This document shows positions 31,520 through 41,538 of a stretch of 64,000 bases of DNA, in pieces (position 1 is the first letter of the stretch; each line of letters opens with the position of its first letter). The position numbers were made by a program, and so were the translations under genes. A model generated the notes under the pieces. The model had not been told where the DNA came from. It did no database searches and saw only the letters and a list, made by a program, of their open reading frames with translations. This DNA is from an uncultured Candidatus Binatia bacterium (lineage in GTDB: Bacteria; Desulfobacterota; Binatia; UBA9968; JAJDTQ01), in contig OZ219754.1 in NCBI GenBank assembly GCA_964291295.2, forward strand, positions 3,168,001-3,232,000, written 5' to 3'.

Positions 31520-32098
31520 CTACCATCATCACGAAGACCAGGGATATAAGGAAGCACTGGTCAAATTCGGCGAGGAGTGGTCGATTTTCCTGGATCGATC
31601 CGTCGACACCGGCGACATCCCGGACGGCTGGGACGATGAGCGGATCCGTCGTGCCATCAGAGACGAGTATCTCAGGGCTCGACAGTGACCCTCGTGCTGG
31701 TCGGCAGAGAGACCAGACGCCGAAAGCATGTCGATTGGGAGATTTACTCGAGCATGTACGACGGCCCGGTGAACAAGAAATCAGGGATAGTCGTCATCAA
31801 TCTCCCGGGAATCTCAGACTTCGTCACCGCGTCCCACGGGGAAGAAGAGAAGAGTTTGCTGTACCCGGAGATTACATCATGGATGCATGTCGAGGAACGG
31901 AAGGAATATGAACGTCGATATCCCTACATGCCCGATCGGATCATCGACAACCTGATGGCACGGGACGTCAAGATTTCGGTCGCTCCATGGGACAAGATAA
32001 ACGGAGGGACACTCAAGTTTCTGATTGACATCGCCTTTCGTGACCGCGCCAACTGCGCATACGATCTGCGCAGGCCCATGAGGCGGGCAAATTCGTAA
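31497..32098 (+). CDS. ThsB-like (MTH538/DUF1863) TIR protein; frameshift at about 31675-31677
   Basis: 'HKVFISYHH', 'IRDEYLR' then 'TVTLVLVGRETRRRKHVDWEIYSS' in next frame. Confidence 0.8.
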
Positions 32099-32359
32099 GT
32101 GACCCCCTCGTGCCGAACACTGAATCGCTGCAATCTCGCCACGCACAAGTCATTATCTCGCAAGGTATCGCCCGCGAACCCGGGACTGTTGAAGAGTCAG
32201 GTGGAATGGTGAGAAGATGACGGGTGAGGATCGCGTGTCCGTGTCGAGCTTGCAATCAGCAGGGCAACAACTCCGGTGCCTCCGAGGCACATTCCCTTTC
32301 CGAACCCCCCGACCCGCTACTCCCCTGCACCTTCCCGCAACTCCCACTCCCGGTCGTGT

Positions 32360-33481
32360 CTACTCCCGCGGATAAAGCGCGTCGACCATCCGGCGCTTGT
32401 GGTAGTCCGGGGTGCCGAGATACTGGTAAAGCGTGTGCGCCAGCACGCTGTGCGCCATCAGCGGATGGAGGTAATCGGTGCCCGGTCCGGCGTGCACCAT
32501 GTGCGCGTAGCTGCACGCCTGGTGGTAACCCTCGCTGGCCAGGGCCTTGGACTCGTGGATGCCGGCTTCGGCCGGCATTCCCTGGTCAAGCTTCCACAGG
32601 GTCTCGTAGGTGGCCATGCGCGCCGCGTCCAGATGGACCGACAGTTCCACGCAGTGGTCCTGCACCCGCTGGAAACGGCCGATGAGCTGGCCGAAGGCGC
32701 GGCGTTCGTTGGTATAGCGGACGGTGAAATCGTAGATTTCCTGGCAGGCTCCGACCTTGTACGCGCACAGGATCGGGATGGCCTTCTCCGCGGCCTTGTC
32801 CAGAAGCTCCCAGCCCTGGCCCGCCGCGCCGATCCGATCTGCGGACGGAACCTCGACACCGTCGAAGGCAACCTCGCTCACCGACACCATGTATCCATTG
32901 TGCGGCGTCACCGTGACCCCCGGCGCATCCCGGTCCACCCGCACCACCGCGACCCCGCCATCGCTGGTGCGGGACGCGCACAGGAACGCCGTGGCGCCTT
33001 CGGCGTCGTACACGTGGCGCTTGTTGCCCTGGAGGGTCAGCGTACCGCCGGACTGCGTGCAGGTAGTGGTGACGGTTTCCGGCCCCCAGTGGGCACCGTG
33101 GTCGCCGATGGCCGGAACCACGATGGCGCTGCCGTCGCAAATGCCGGGCAGCAGCGCTTCCTTCTGTGCGTCGGAGCCGCCGTCGTGGATGATCTGGGCG
33201 GCCAGCACGCCGGATGCGAATACCGGCCCGGGCACGGGTGCGCGCCCCAACTCCTCGAACACCACGCCGCAATCCAGATGGGACAACCCCGCACCGCCGT
33301 ACTGCTCGGGCATGAGCATGCCGAGCCAGCCCAGCCCGGCGACCTTGGCGTAGAGATCCGGCAGGAATGTCTCCTTCTTGAGAAACTGCCGGGTCAGCCG
33401 GGTGACGGGTGCCTCCGCCTGAACAAAGTCCGCCGCCACCTTTCTGAACATCTCCTGCTCTTCACCGAGTCGCAAATCCAT
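32360..33481 (-). CDS. Acyl-CoA dehydrogenase family protein (probable non-catalytic subunit of a heteromeric pair)
   Basis: 'LGWLGMLMPEQYGGAG', 'RRAFGQLIGRFQ'. Confidence 0.85.
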   Translation of the reverse strand: MDLRLGEEQEMFRKVAADFVQAEAPVTRLTRQFLKKETFLPDLYAKVAGLGWLGMLMPEQYGGAGLSHLDCGVVFEELGRAPVPGPVFASGVLAAQIIHDGGSDAQKEALLPGICDGSAIVVPAIGDHGAHWGPETVTTTCTQSGGTLTLQGNKRHVYDAEGATAFLCASRTSDGGVAVVRVDRDAPGVTVTPHNGYMVSVSEVAFDGVEVPSADRIGAAGQGWELLDKAAEKAIPILCAYKVGACQEIYDFTVRYTNERRAFGQLIGRFQRVQDHCVELSVHLDAARMATYETLWKLDQGMPAEAGIHESKALASEGYHQACSYAHMVHAGPGTDYLHPLMAHSVLAHTLYQYLGTPDYHKRRMVDALYPRE

Positions 33482-33613
33482 GATCACTCCGAGTCTGCCG
33501 AACCGATTCGTTCCCGTGTTCGGATGTCCAGACGGTTGGCGACAGAACCTGATCCATCACCCCATGGCTCCATCTCCGGCCCCATACAGTATCGGCCTCG
33601 TGCCGTATCGGCC

Positions 33614-34828
33614 CTACACCGTATCCGGCGCCTTCTCCCCGGTCTCGCGGCCGATGCCGGCGCGGCGGGCGAAGATCAGCCGGTCCGTATCCAGGGTGCC
33701 GCCGCCGTGGAGCTGGCCGGGACCGCTCCGCACCACGTACTCGAAGTCCACCACCTCGTGCACGCCGTGGTCCGGGATCAGCGCGTCCGCGCCCATGATC
33801 TTCTGCAGCCGCTCGCCGTTCCGCAGCCTTGCCATGCGCTGGTAGTAGCGGAACTGGGCGCCGCCGTAGGCATGGGGCTGCTTGACGAAACGATGCCAGA
33901 AGATGCGCCGGGCCATGCGGTTCACCGTATTGATCTCCAGGATCATGTCGGCGATGGTGTCGCGCACGCGGAGGTCTTCGATCAGCGGCGTGCCGCCCAC
34001 GTCGTGGTTCCGGCAGTACTCCACCACGCGCTCCACCACCGGGTCGGTGCCCACCCGGCCGTCGCCGCCGTGCTCAAGCTCCAGGTGGGTGTGGGCCACC
34101 TTCCAGCCGTTGTTCTCGCCGCCGATGAGATACTTGGCGGGCACCCGCACGCCGTCGAAGAACACCGCGTTCTTGATGCCCATCATCAGGTGCATGTGCT
34201 GTATGGTGATGCCCGGAAGGTTGGCGGGGATGTGCAGCCAGCTCAGGTTTTCGTGCCGCTTGCCGTCGGGGTCGGTGCACACCAGCGTCCACAGCACGTC
34301 CGGCGGCAGGTGGTGCCCCACCATGACCTTCTGGCCGGTGACGATATAGTCGTCGCCGTCGCGGATGGCCCGGGTCTGGCAGTTGGCCACGTCGCTGCCG
34401 CTCTGGGGCTCGGTCAGCACCTGCCACACCACCACCTCCCCCCGGGTGATGGGCGGCAGCAACTCGTGCTTCTGTTCCTCGGTGCCCCAGTGAAGCGCCA
34501 CCGGCCCCACGATGCGCGCCAGCGTGTAGAACACGTGCGTCAGGTTGAGACCGTAGCGGGCCAACTCCGTCTCCAGCACGAACTGATGGTCGAGGGTAAG
34601 GCCCGCGCCGCCGTACTCCACCGGAAACATCGGGAACAGCCAACCCTTCCGCCCCAGCTTCCGCCCCAGCCCGCGGCGAAAACCGTACTCCTCTTCATTC
34701 TCCCGGGTGGACCATGACGCCGACCAGCGCAGATGCTCCGAGCCTTTCATGTTCTCTTCCAGCCAGGCCCGGACTTCCTTGCGGAACTCGATCATCTCCG
34801 CGGAGTCTTCCTGCAGGTTGAAATCCAT
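33614..34828 (-). CDS. Acyl-CoA dehydrogenase family protein
   Basis: 'LTEPQSGSD', 'YIVTGQK', 'LIGGENNGW', 'HGGGT'. Confidence 0.9.
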   Translation of the reverse strand: MDFNLQEDSAEMIEFRKEVRAWLEENMKGSEHLRWSASWSTRENEEEYGFRRGLGRKLGRKGWLFPMFPVEYGGAGLTLDHQFVLETELARYGLNLTHVFYTLARIVGPVALHWGTEEQKHELLPPITRGEVVVWQVLTEPQSGSDVANCQTRAIRDGDDYIVTGQKVMVGHHLPPDVLWTLVCTDPDGKRHENLSWLHIPANLPGITIQHMHLMMGIKNAVFFDGVRVPAKYLIGGENNGWKVAHTHLELEHGGDGRVGTDPVVERVVEYCRNHDVGGTPLIEDLRVRDTIADMILEINTVNRMARRIFWHRFVKQPHAYGGAQFRYYQRMARLRNGERLQKIMGADALIPDHGVHEVVDFEYVVRSGPGQLHGGGTLDTDRLIFARRAGIGRETGEKAPDTV

Positions 34829-34946
34829 GACCCCTCCTTTGTCGCCCTTCCTGTGTCGCCGGTGCCGTATCGCCAGTCCGCCATTTCCCCAAGTCCGCTG
34901 TCATTCCCGCGAACGGGGTACCGAAGACGGCCGGCGGCGCCCCGTC

Positions 34947-36038
34947 TCAGGCCGTGCGTATCGGTTTCGTCACCGCCAGCGTGTTCCGTCCCGTCCACAT
35001 GGGCAGCAGTACGCAGTGCCGGTGTCTGCCGCCGGTGACCATCACCATGATGTCGTCGGGCCGGGTGGCCAGGTGCACGGTCCCGTCGGGAGTGACGTTG
35101 GGAGACTCCCGCAGGAGTTCCTCGTCGCTCTTGTTCCGCTTGCGCCGGTCCGGGATGCTGGCGAAGGTGATGGTGGAATGCTCCCAGAGATACTCACGGA
35201 CGTCCGCCCGGGAGATGCCGTCCCGCGCCATGATCTCGGCGTCCTCGGTGCACAGGGCCACCAGCGGGGTTCCGCCGCCAAAGCTGCCGACATCCAGGTG
35301 GCTGCCGCCGCGATGCATGGCGATGACCTCGGCCAGCGACGACAGCGCCTCCCGCCCCGTGCTCCCGGCGGTGTGCATGGGGATGAAGCCGTTGATGCCG
35401 CACACGGTCACCGTGCTCTGCCCGGGCTTGTAGCCCCGGCTGACGTGGTAGGGCTCCCAGGGGCTTTTCTCCTCGTTCTCGCCGAAGCAGAAGCTGTACT
35501 TGCCGGGCCAGCCGAAGGTGGCGCGGTCGGTGTCCCCCGGGTAGCCGCCGCCGATGGTGATGAGGATCAATCGGATGGCGCGGCCGATGGTGGCGTTGGC
35601 GCGGTGACCGGGGCCGAACGCACCGGCGTCGCAGTTGATGCCGAGAACGTTGCGGATCGGGCCGTTGACCAGCAGCGCCGGACCCGCGTACCCGGTGGTG
35701 GCCTGGACCCCGTAGAGATTGAAGCGGGGCTCCATGATACCCTCCACCGCGGCCAGGACCACCGGCAGGTACTCCGGCAGGCAGCCCGCCATCACGCAGT
35801 TCACGGCGACCTTCTCCACGGTGGCGGGCGCCCACTTGGGCGGCACCTGCCCGAGGAGATCCCGGGAGTCGCGGGGCGTACCCGCGAGCATGCGTTCCAC
35901 GCGCTCGCGGGTGGGCGGCACGATGGGCAGGCCGTCGCTGAGCCGGTGCTCCAGGAACCAGTTGTTGGCCGCCTCGAGCGAGTCCTCCACCTCGATGACT
36001 TCGGAAACCAGCGTCACCTGTGATGCATCGGTGGTCAT
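34947..36038 (-). CDS. Conserved hypothetical protein, partner of the UGSC selenoprotein
   Basis: 'SDGLPIVPPT', 'ATVEKVAVNCVMAGC', 'RANATIGRA', 'FGENEE..PW' family normally linked to UGSC proteins. Confidence 0.75.
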   Translation of the reverse strand: MTTDASQVTLVSEVIEVEDSLEAANNWFLEHRLSDGLPIVPPTRERVERMLAGTPRDSRDLLGQVPPKWAPATVEKVAVNCVMAGCLPEYLPVVLAAVEGIMEPRFNLYGVQATTGYAGPALLVNGPIRNVLGINCDAGAFGPGHRANATIGRAIRLILITIGGGYPGDTDRATFGWPGKYSFCFGENEEKSPWEPYHVSRGYKPGQSTVTVCGINGFIPMHTAGSTGREALSSLAEVIAMHRGGSHLDVGSFGGGTPLVALCTEDAEIMARDGISRADVREYLWEHSTITFASIPDRRKRNKSDEELLRESPNVTPDGTVHLATRPDDIMVMVTGGRHRHCVLLPMWTGRNTLAVTKPIRTA

Positions 36039-36087
36039 GCGTGAGGGGTCCGTGGAACCAACGGGCGCGGCAGTCCCGGGCGGAGCG

Positions 36088-36672
36088 CTATTCCGCGGCC
36101 CGCGCCTCCGCCTCCGCGGCACCGGCCGCCGCCCGCTCGCCGGCCGCAGTCAGGGTGTCGCGCACCGGACCGATGGCGACCCGGGCATCCTCGGCGTGCT
36201 CGCCGGCCCGCGCGCCACCGCTCGGATGATGCGGCACCGGCACCAGCGGCAGCTTCGGCATGCCGAAGAACGTCGCCTCCTTCCGGCCCAGCTCCATGAA
36301 GAGGGTCTGGCACAGGGTCACCGTAGGCGTACCGCGCTTCTGTATCTCGATGGCGTCGTGGACACTCCACGACGTGCACGACCCTCAGGCCCCGAGGCCG
36401 GTGATGACCGCGTCACACCGGCGCTGCATCTCGTCGATCAGCTCCTCCGGCGCCCCCTGCATGTGGCTCGGCTTCTTCCGCAACAGCACTTCGGCCGCAT
36501 CCGTCCGTTCCTTGATGAGCCGCGCCAGCTCCTGGAACATCGGGCTCGAGTTGGCCTGGCCGTTGTCGATGATCCCCACCACCTTCCCGGCCAGCACATC
36601 CAGCCCCGGCACCGGCGGATGGTTCTCCAGCAGAACGTCCGCCCTCGGATCGAGCATCAAGAGCTTTCCCAT
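36088..36672 (-). CDS. UGSC-family selenoprotein (in-frame TGA = Sec at 36385-36387)
   Basis: ORFs 36385..36822 and 36088..36321 are in the same frame; read-through gives ...VITGLGA-U-GSCTSWSVHDAIEIQKRGTPTVT... Confidence 0.85.
36354..36374 (-). promoter_or_regulatory. Candidate bacterial SECIS hairpin
   Basis: CGUCGUGGA-GUG-UCCACGACG, perfect 9 bp stem starting 11 nt after the UGA, G in the apical loop. Confidence 0.7.
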
Positions 36673-36858
36673 CGGATCCTCCGTTACCTCGTCCCGTGAC
36701 ACCCCTGTCCCGTGGCGGCGCGACCTTACCGAAGGCGGTCTCTCGTTGTCAACGGCGGCCGGGCGCCGGAACCCGTGCGCACCCGTTGCCCGCCGGACCT
36801 GTCCCGCCCGTTGACCGGCCACCGCGCCCGCGCCGCGCGTTCTCCTGCACCGCCCCTT

Positions 36859-38028
36859 TCACCGCCACAGCCGCTCGCTCGCCAGGCGCGCTCCTTCCGC
36901 CATGGCCTGGAGCTTGGCCCAGACGATGGTGGGGTGGATTTCAGGGACCTCCAGGGCCTGGGTGCCGAAGCCGCAGTCGCTGCCGGCGATGACGTTCTCG
37001 CGCCCCACCAGGCCGGCAAAGCGTTCGAGCCGCTGGGCCACGAGTTCCGGGTGCTCCACCAGCACCGACGACTGGGTGATGACGCCGGGAATGAGGAGCT
37101 TGCCCTCGGGCAGTCTGACGTCCTCCCAGATGCGCCACTCGTGCTCGTGGCGCGGGTTGGAGGCCTCGAAGGAGAAAGCGCCGGCGCGAATCTTGAGCAC
37201 GATGTCGATGTAGTCCTTCATCTGCATGTCGTGGACACGCGGCCCCATGTTGATGCCGTAGCAGGTGTGGTAGCGCACGCGGTCCTCCGGGATGTCCCGC
37301 AGGGCGTGGTTGATGGCTTCGATCTGGCCTTCGGCCCAGGCCCGGCACTGCGCCACGCTCAGATCCGGGTTCTTGACGTAGTAGTCGATGAGCAGGGGGT
37401 CGTCGATCTGAAGCAGAAATCCGGCATCGACGATGGCCTGGTATTCGACCCGCAGCGCGTCCGCGATGGCGAACAGGAACTCCTCGCCGCTCCGGTAATA
37501 GTCGTTCTCCTGGTTGCCCGCCACGTCGCAGGGGGAGATGGCGGGCACGAAGGCTTCGACCGCTCCGGCCGCGGCGGTCGCGGCCTTGAGGTTTTCCAGG
37601 TCCCTGGCCAGCCGTTCCCGAGCCTTGTAGGCGATGGGGCCGGTGCAGACCATCTGCATGTTGCTCGGATTGGGCTCGCCGGCCGGGGCCGCGCCGGGGG
37701 CGCCGTAGAACTCCGGGAAGGCCCGGGATTCCCGGGAGTCGGCCCAGGGCGGGACCCGCACCCGGCCGGTGGGCGTGAGACCGTCGAGGCGCTGGTGCGC
37801 GTAGACCGCGAAGCCGCGCTTGCTGAATTCGCCGTCGTCCACGATGTCGACCCCCAGCTCCCGCTGCCGGCGCACGATGTCGTGGACCGCGCGCCGGAGC
37901 CTGGCCTCGTAGTCCCCAGGCTCCACCGCCCGGCCCTGGTTCTCCGCAAGCATCACGTCGATGAGCTCCCGCGGGCGCGGCAGGCTGCCGGTATGGGTGA
38001 CAAGAATGTGTTCGGTGCTGTGCAACAT
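36859..38028 (-). CDS. Cobalamin-independent methionine synthase II (MetE C-terminal-like) family protein
   Basis: 'THTGSLPRP', 'LQIDDP', 'HTCYG', 'SDCGF'. Confidence 0.9.
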   Translation of the reverse strand: MLHSTEHILVTHTGSLPRPRELIDVMLAENQGRAVEPGDYEARLRRAVHDIVRRQRELGVDIVDDGEFSKRGFAVYAHQRLDGLTPTGRVRVPPWADSRESRAFPEFYGAPGAAPAGEPNPSNMQMVCTGPIAYKARERLARDLENLKAATAAAGAVEAFVPAISPCDVAGNQENDYYRSGEEFLFAIADALRVEYQAIVDAGFLLQIDDPLLIDYYVKNPDLSVAQCRAWAEGQIEAINHALRDIPEDRVRYHTCYGINMGPRVHDMQMKDYIDIVLKIRAGAFSFEASNPRHEHEWRIWEDVRLPEGKLLIPGVITQSSVLVEHPELVAQRLERFAGLVGRENVIAGSDCGFGTQALEVPEIHPTIVWAKLQAMAEGARLASERLWR

Positions 38029-38110
38029 GATGATTTTCCGTGAGCAGCCGGGCACGGGCGCGGGCTTCGACAGCCGCATTCGCCGCATCCACGGTCCGGC
38101 GCGTCGGTCT

Positions 38111-38527
38111 TCAATCCGCGTTCGCGGGTTGGAACTTGTACAGGGTGCGATCCCCGGTGATGTCCTCGAACACCACCTCCACGGGCATGTCGCAGCGCAG
38201 TTCCCCGGGCTCGCAACCCACCACGTTGGTGACCAGGCGCGGACCCTCGTCCAGCTCCACCACCACCAGGGCATAGGGCAAATCGTCCGCGAACCCCTTG
38301 TGATAAGCCCTGTGATAGACCCCGAAGGAGTAGATTTTCCCCCGGCCGCTCACCCGGGTCCAGGTCCAGTCCGTGCTCCAGCACCCGGGACAGGTGACGG
38401 TGGGAGGGAACCAGTGGTTCGAGCAGGCGTCGCAGCGGGGCACCCGCAACTCGTGGCGCCGGCAGCCTTCCCAGAAGGGCTCCGACTCCACCGACGGCGG
38501 CGGCAGCGGCTTGAGGTACGCGCTCAT
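38111..38527 (-). CDS. DUF35 Zn-ribbon/OB-fold protein
   Basis: 'CDAC...CPGC', 'GRGKIYSF', 'VVELDEGPR'. Confidence 0.9.
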   Translation of the reverse strand: MSAYLKPLPPPSVESEPFWEGCRRHELRVPRCDACSNHWFPPTVTCPGCWSTDWTWTRVSGRGKIYSFGVYHRAYHKGFADDLPYALVVVELDEGPRLVTNVVGCEPGELRCDMPVEVVFEDITGDRTLYKFQPANAD

Positions 38528-39696
38528 CCCGCCTCCCTTCCCAGGATCAGCGCCGACTGGCAGACCGTGTTGCCGCCGTGGCCGCTGACCAGGGCGATGT
38601 CGCAGTCCTTCACCTGCCGGTGGGGGGCGTGTGCGCGGCGCACCTGGCGGACGCCTTCCAGCACCTGGAGCATGCCCTCGATGTGCCCCTCGGACAGTTG
38701 CCCGCCGGAGGTGTTGGTGGGCAGCGCACCGCCGGCCTCCAGCGCTCCCGACGCGGCGAATGGCCCGCCCTCGCCCTTGGCGCAGAAGCCGTAGTCCTCA
38801 AGTTGCAGCAGCACCATGTGGGTGAAGCAGTCGTAGAGCTGAGCCGTGTCCACGTCCTCGGGGCCGATGCCGGCCATGCGGTAGGCCGCCTCCCCGGCCT
38901 CCCGAGCTCCCGTCGTGATCATGTTGTCGCCCGCATACCATCCGCTCAGGCGGTTGCCGAAGCCAAAGCCCAGCACGTACGCCGGCGGCTGCCGGAGATT
39001 CCGGGCACGGTCCGCGCCAGTCACCACCACCGCGCCGGCGCCGTCGATGAAAACGCTGCAATCGTACAGGCACAGCGGATCCACGATGAGCCGGGCGCCA
39101 AGGTACGCCTCCAGCGTCAGCGGCTTTTGCATGAACGCGTGAGGGTTCCTGCGGGCGTGGTTGCGGAACGCCACCGCGATGGCGCCCAACTGCGCCTTGG
39201 TGGTGCCGAAGCGCTCCATGTGGCGCCGCGCCGCGACGGCGTAGTTCACCGGGGCACCGAACTGGCCGAACTCCGAACCGAACTCCGAGTAAGTGCGCGG
39301 GCGCGACGCCACCGCCTGCCTGGCCTCGGCGTCGCGGTGGGTGCGGGACCAGGTATCGCGGCCGTAGCCTGCCACTACGGTGTTGCAGACGCCGGCCTCG
39401 ATGGCCATGCACGCCATCGCCACCGCCATGGTCTGGCTCGCACCGCCGTTGGCGGTGGAAGTGCTGTAGGTGACGTCGAGACCCAGCGCCTCGCCCACCC
39501 GCTGGTGGTGGCAGTAGACGTCATCCGGCCCGCGGGTGATGAGGCCGTCCACGTCCTCCTTTTTCAGGCCGGCGTCCTCGATGGCATTCTTCGCCGCCAC
39601 CGCGAAGAGCCCGATGGGGCCCATCTCCGGCACCTTCCCCAAGGGACTCTGTCCCACGCCGACGATGGCATACTTGCCGCTCAGGTTCGTGCTCAT
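38524..39696 (-). CDS. Thiolase-like (SCPx/Ltp2-type) protein
   Basis: 'LYDCF', 'NTSGGQLSEGH'; coupled to DUF35 gene. Confidence 0.9.
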   Translation of the reverse strand: MSTNLSGKYAIVGVGQSPLGKVPEMGPIGLFAVAAKNAIEDAGLKKEDVDGLITRGPDDVYCHHQRVGEALGLDVTYSTSTANGGASQTMAVAMACMAIEAGVCNTVVAGYGRDTWSRTHRDAEARQAVASRPRTYSEFGSEFGQFGAPVNYAVAARRHMERFGTTKAQLGAIAVAFRNHARRNPHAFMQKPLTLEAYLGARLIVDPLCLYDCSVFIDGAGAVVVTGADRARNLRQPPAYVLGFGFGNRLSGWYAGDNMITTGAREAGEAAYRMAGIGPEDVDTAQLYDCFTHMVLLQLEDYGFCAKGEGGPFAASGALEAGGALPTNTSGGQLSEGHIEGMLQVLEGVRQVRRAHAPHRQVKDCDIALVSGHGGNTVCQSALILGREAG

Positions 39697-39776
39697 GTTT
39701 TCTCCCGTGTGTTCCTCTCGTGTGCCCGCTCTCGCCGCCCGGATGGGGCCGCGCTCGCCGGAACGCGGAGGCCGCC

Positions 39777-40577
39777 CTACCGGGCCTTCCAGACGGGCGG
39801 GCGCTTCTCCGCGAAGGCGCGGGAGCCTTCCTTCTGGTCCTCGGTGGTGGAGAGCGCCAGCCCCAGGTCGCTCTCAAGCTTCAGACCCTGCTCCAGGGGG
39901 AGCTGGATTCCCTTGGTAAGGGCCTCCTTGATGGCGATCACCGACAACGGCGCGCCCAGACATATCCTGGCGGCCATCTCCCGGGCCACGTCCATGTAGC
40001 GATCCACCGGGGCCACCTTGTTCACGAGGCCGATGCGAAGCGCCTCCCGGGCGTCCACGGCCTCGCCGGTGAGACACAGCTCCAGCGCCCGGGCCACGCC
40101 GATGAGCCGCGGCAGGCGCTGGGTGCCACCGCCACCCCCCAGCCGCCCGCGCCGGACCTCGAACATGCCGAGCCTGGCGTCCTCCGCGGCCACGCGAAGG
40201 TCACAGGCCAGCGCCAGTTCCAGGCCGCCGCCCACCGCGTAGCCCCGGATCGCCGCGATGGTGGGCTTTTCCATGGTGGCCACCGCCAGATTCTGGCCAC
40301 GGGTGCCGGAGCGGTTGCGCGTCCGGCGCTTCTCGAAGAAGGAGGCATCGTCCATCTCCCGCGCCCGCTCCTTGAGATCGATCCCGGTGGAGAAGGCCCG
40401 CTCCCCCGCGCCGGTGATGATGCACACCCACACGTCCGGATCGGCGGACACCCGACCGCAGGCATCGTGCAGCTCGTCCCGTGCCTTGTAGCTGATGGCG
40501 TTCATCACCTCCGGGCGGTTGAGGGTGAGGGTGGCCACATGGTCCGTCACTTCGTAGAGGATGTGCTCATATGTCAT
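39777..40577 (-). CDS. Enoyl-CoA hydratase/isomerase
   Basis: '[10 protein letters not shown]', 'AFSTGIDL', '[11 protein letters not shown]', '[10 protein letters not shown]'. Confidence 0.92.
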   Translation of the reverse strand: MTYEHILYEVTDHVATLTLNRPEVMNAISYKARDELHDACGRVSADPDVWVCIITGAGERAFSTGIDLKERAREMDDASFFEKRRTRNRSGTRGQNLAVATMEKPTIAAIRGYAVGGGLELALACDLRVAAEDARLGMFEVRRGRLGGGGGTQRLPRLIGVARALELCLTGEAVDAREALRIGLVNKVAPVDRYMDVAREMAARICLGAPLSVIAIKEALTKGIQLPLEQGLKLESDLGLALSTTEDQKEGSRAFAEKRPPVWKAR

Positions 40578-41059
40578 CGAAGCTCCTGAATCGTAATAGG
40601 CGCGGCCGCCGCCCAGCCCGCCTGTTCCCGTCCGGGAAGCCTTGGGCGACCACCGTGCCCGAAGGGACTCCGGCGGACACCGACTCCCCCGGCATCCCCT
40701 TCGGGGATGCGCCGGCAACGGCCACCGGCCTTGGCCGCGGCAACGCCTGAAGGTTCGCTCTCCGACTCATTGTCCTTTGAGAATCGGTGATTTAGCGGTG
40801 ACCCGGTTCGAGCCGCGCGGAACGGGGTATTTCCGGAGACCCGAGGGTTGTTGGCCCGCAAATCCGCAACTGACCGGTTTTCATGGAGAATTCCGTGCGC
40901 ATAAATTGTGCAATCCGCTGAATCCCGGTTGAATAGTGTCTTTTTCCACGCGCTCCGGCGATATACACAGGGTTTTCCACAGCCCCTGTTACCACGTTGA
41001 CACACCCTCGTAACATTGACACCCGCGCGAACGCTCTCCTGTCCGTCCCTGCCCGACGG

Positions 41060-41370
41060 CGGGCACGTCCGGGGCGCCCGTTTCATGGCCGTCGTGGGCA
41101 CGAACGTGGTCGTACTGCCGCGCGAACCAGCGCATGTACGCGCTACCGGTCGTGGATTCGTACCGGGACGGGTGTCCGATCCTTGGCACATGGGCAGAGA
41201 CGCCCTCGGAGAGTCGTGTGCCGCGTCGAAGAAGAACGGCAGGGCACAGTGGTGACGGCTGCGGTTCATCACCCGATGCGGGATGAACAGGAACCGGTGG
41301 CTGGTCCACCGGCTGCCCGAACCGACCGGAAAGGTGCCGGATGCCACCCGCGCATCGCTCCACTTTCCTG
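41060..41370 (-). pseudogene. Remnant of isopenicillin N synthase-family 2OG-Fe(II) oxygenase C-terminus
   Basis: 'RWTSHRFLFIPHRVMNRS...LPFFFD' then, in another frame, 'PSRYESTT...YMRWFARQY'. Confidence 0.55.
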
Positions 41371-41538
41371 GTCGCAGGCGGGTGGCCGGGGCGGGCCGCC
41401 CCGACCGCGTGAGGAAGCTTGAAACCGCATGCGGCGCGCGGGCGCCGCCCTGCTCCGCTGGAGGGCAGCGTGACATCCGCAGGACGGTCTCGACCGCGGC
41501 GTCGAACTCGGGCTCAAGGGACGTCATCGACAAGGTGG

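Noticed and set aside
40900-41020. Replication origin (AT-richer tract with ttttccaca)
   Set aside because: Only one or two imperfect DnaA-like boxes and no replication genes nearby; more likely the promoter region of the catabolic cluster
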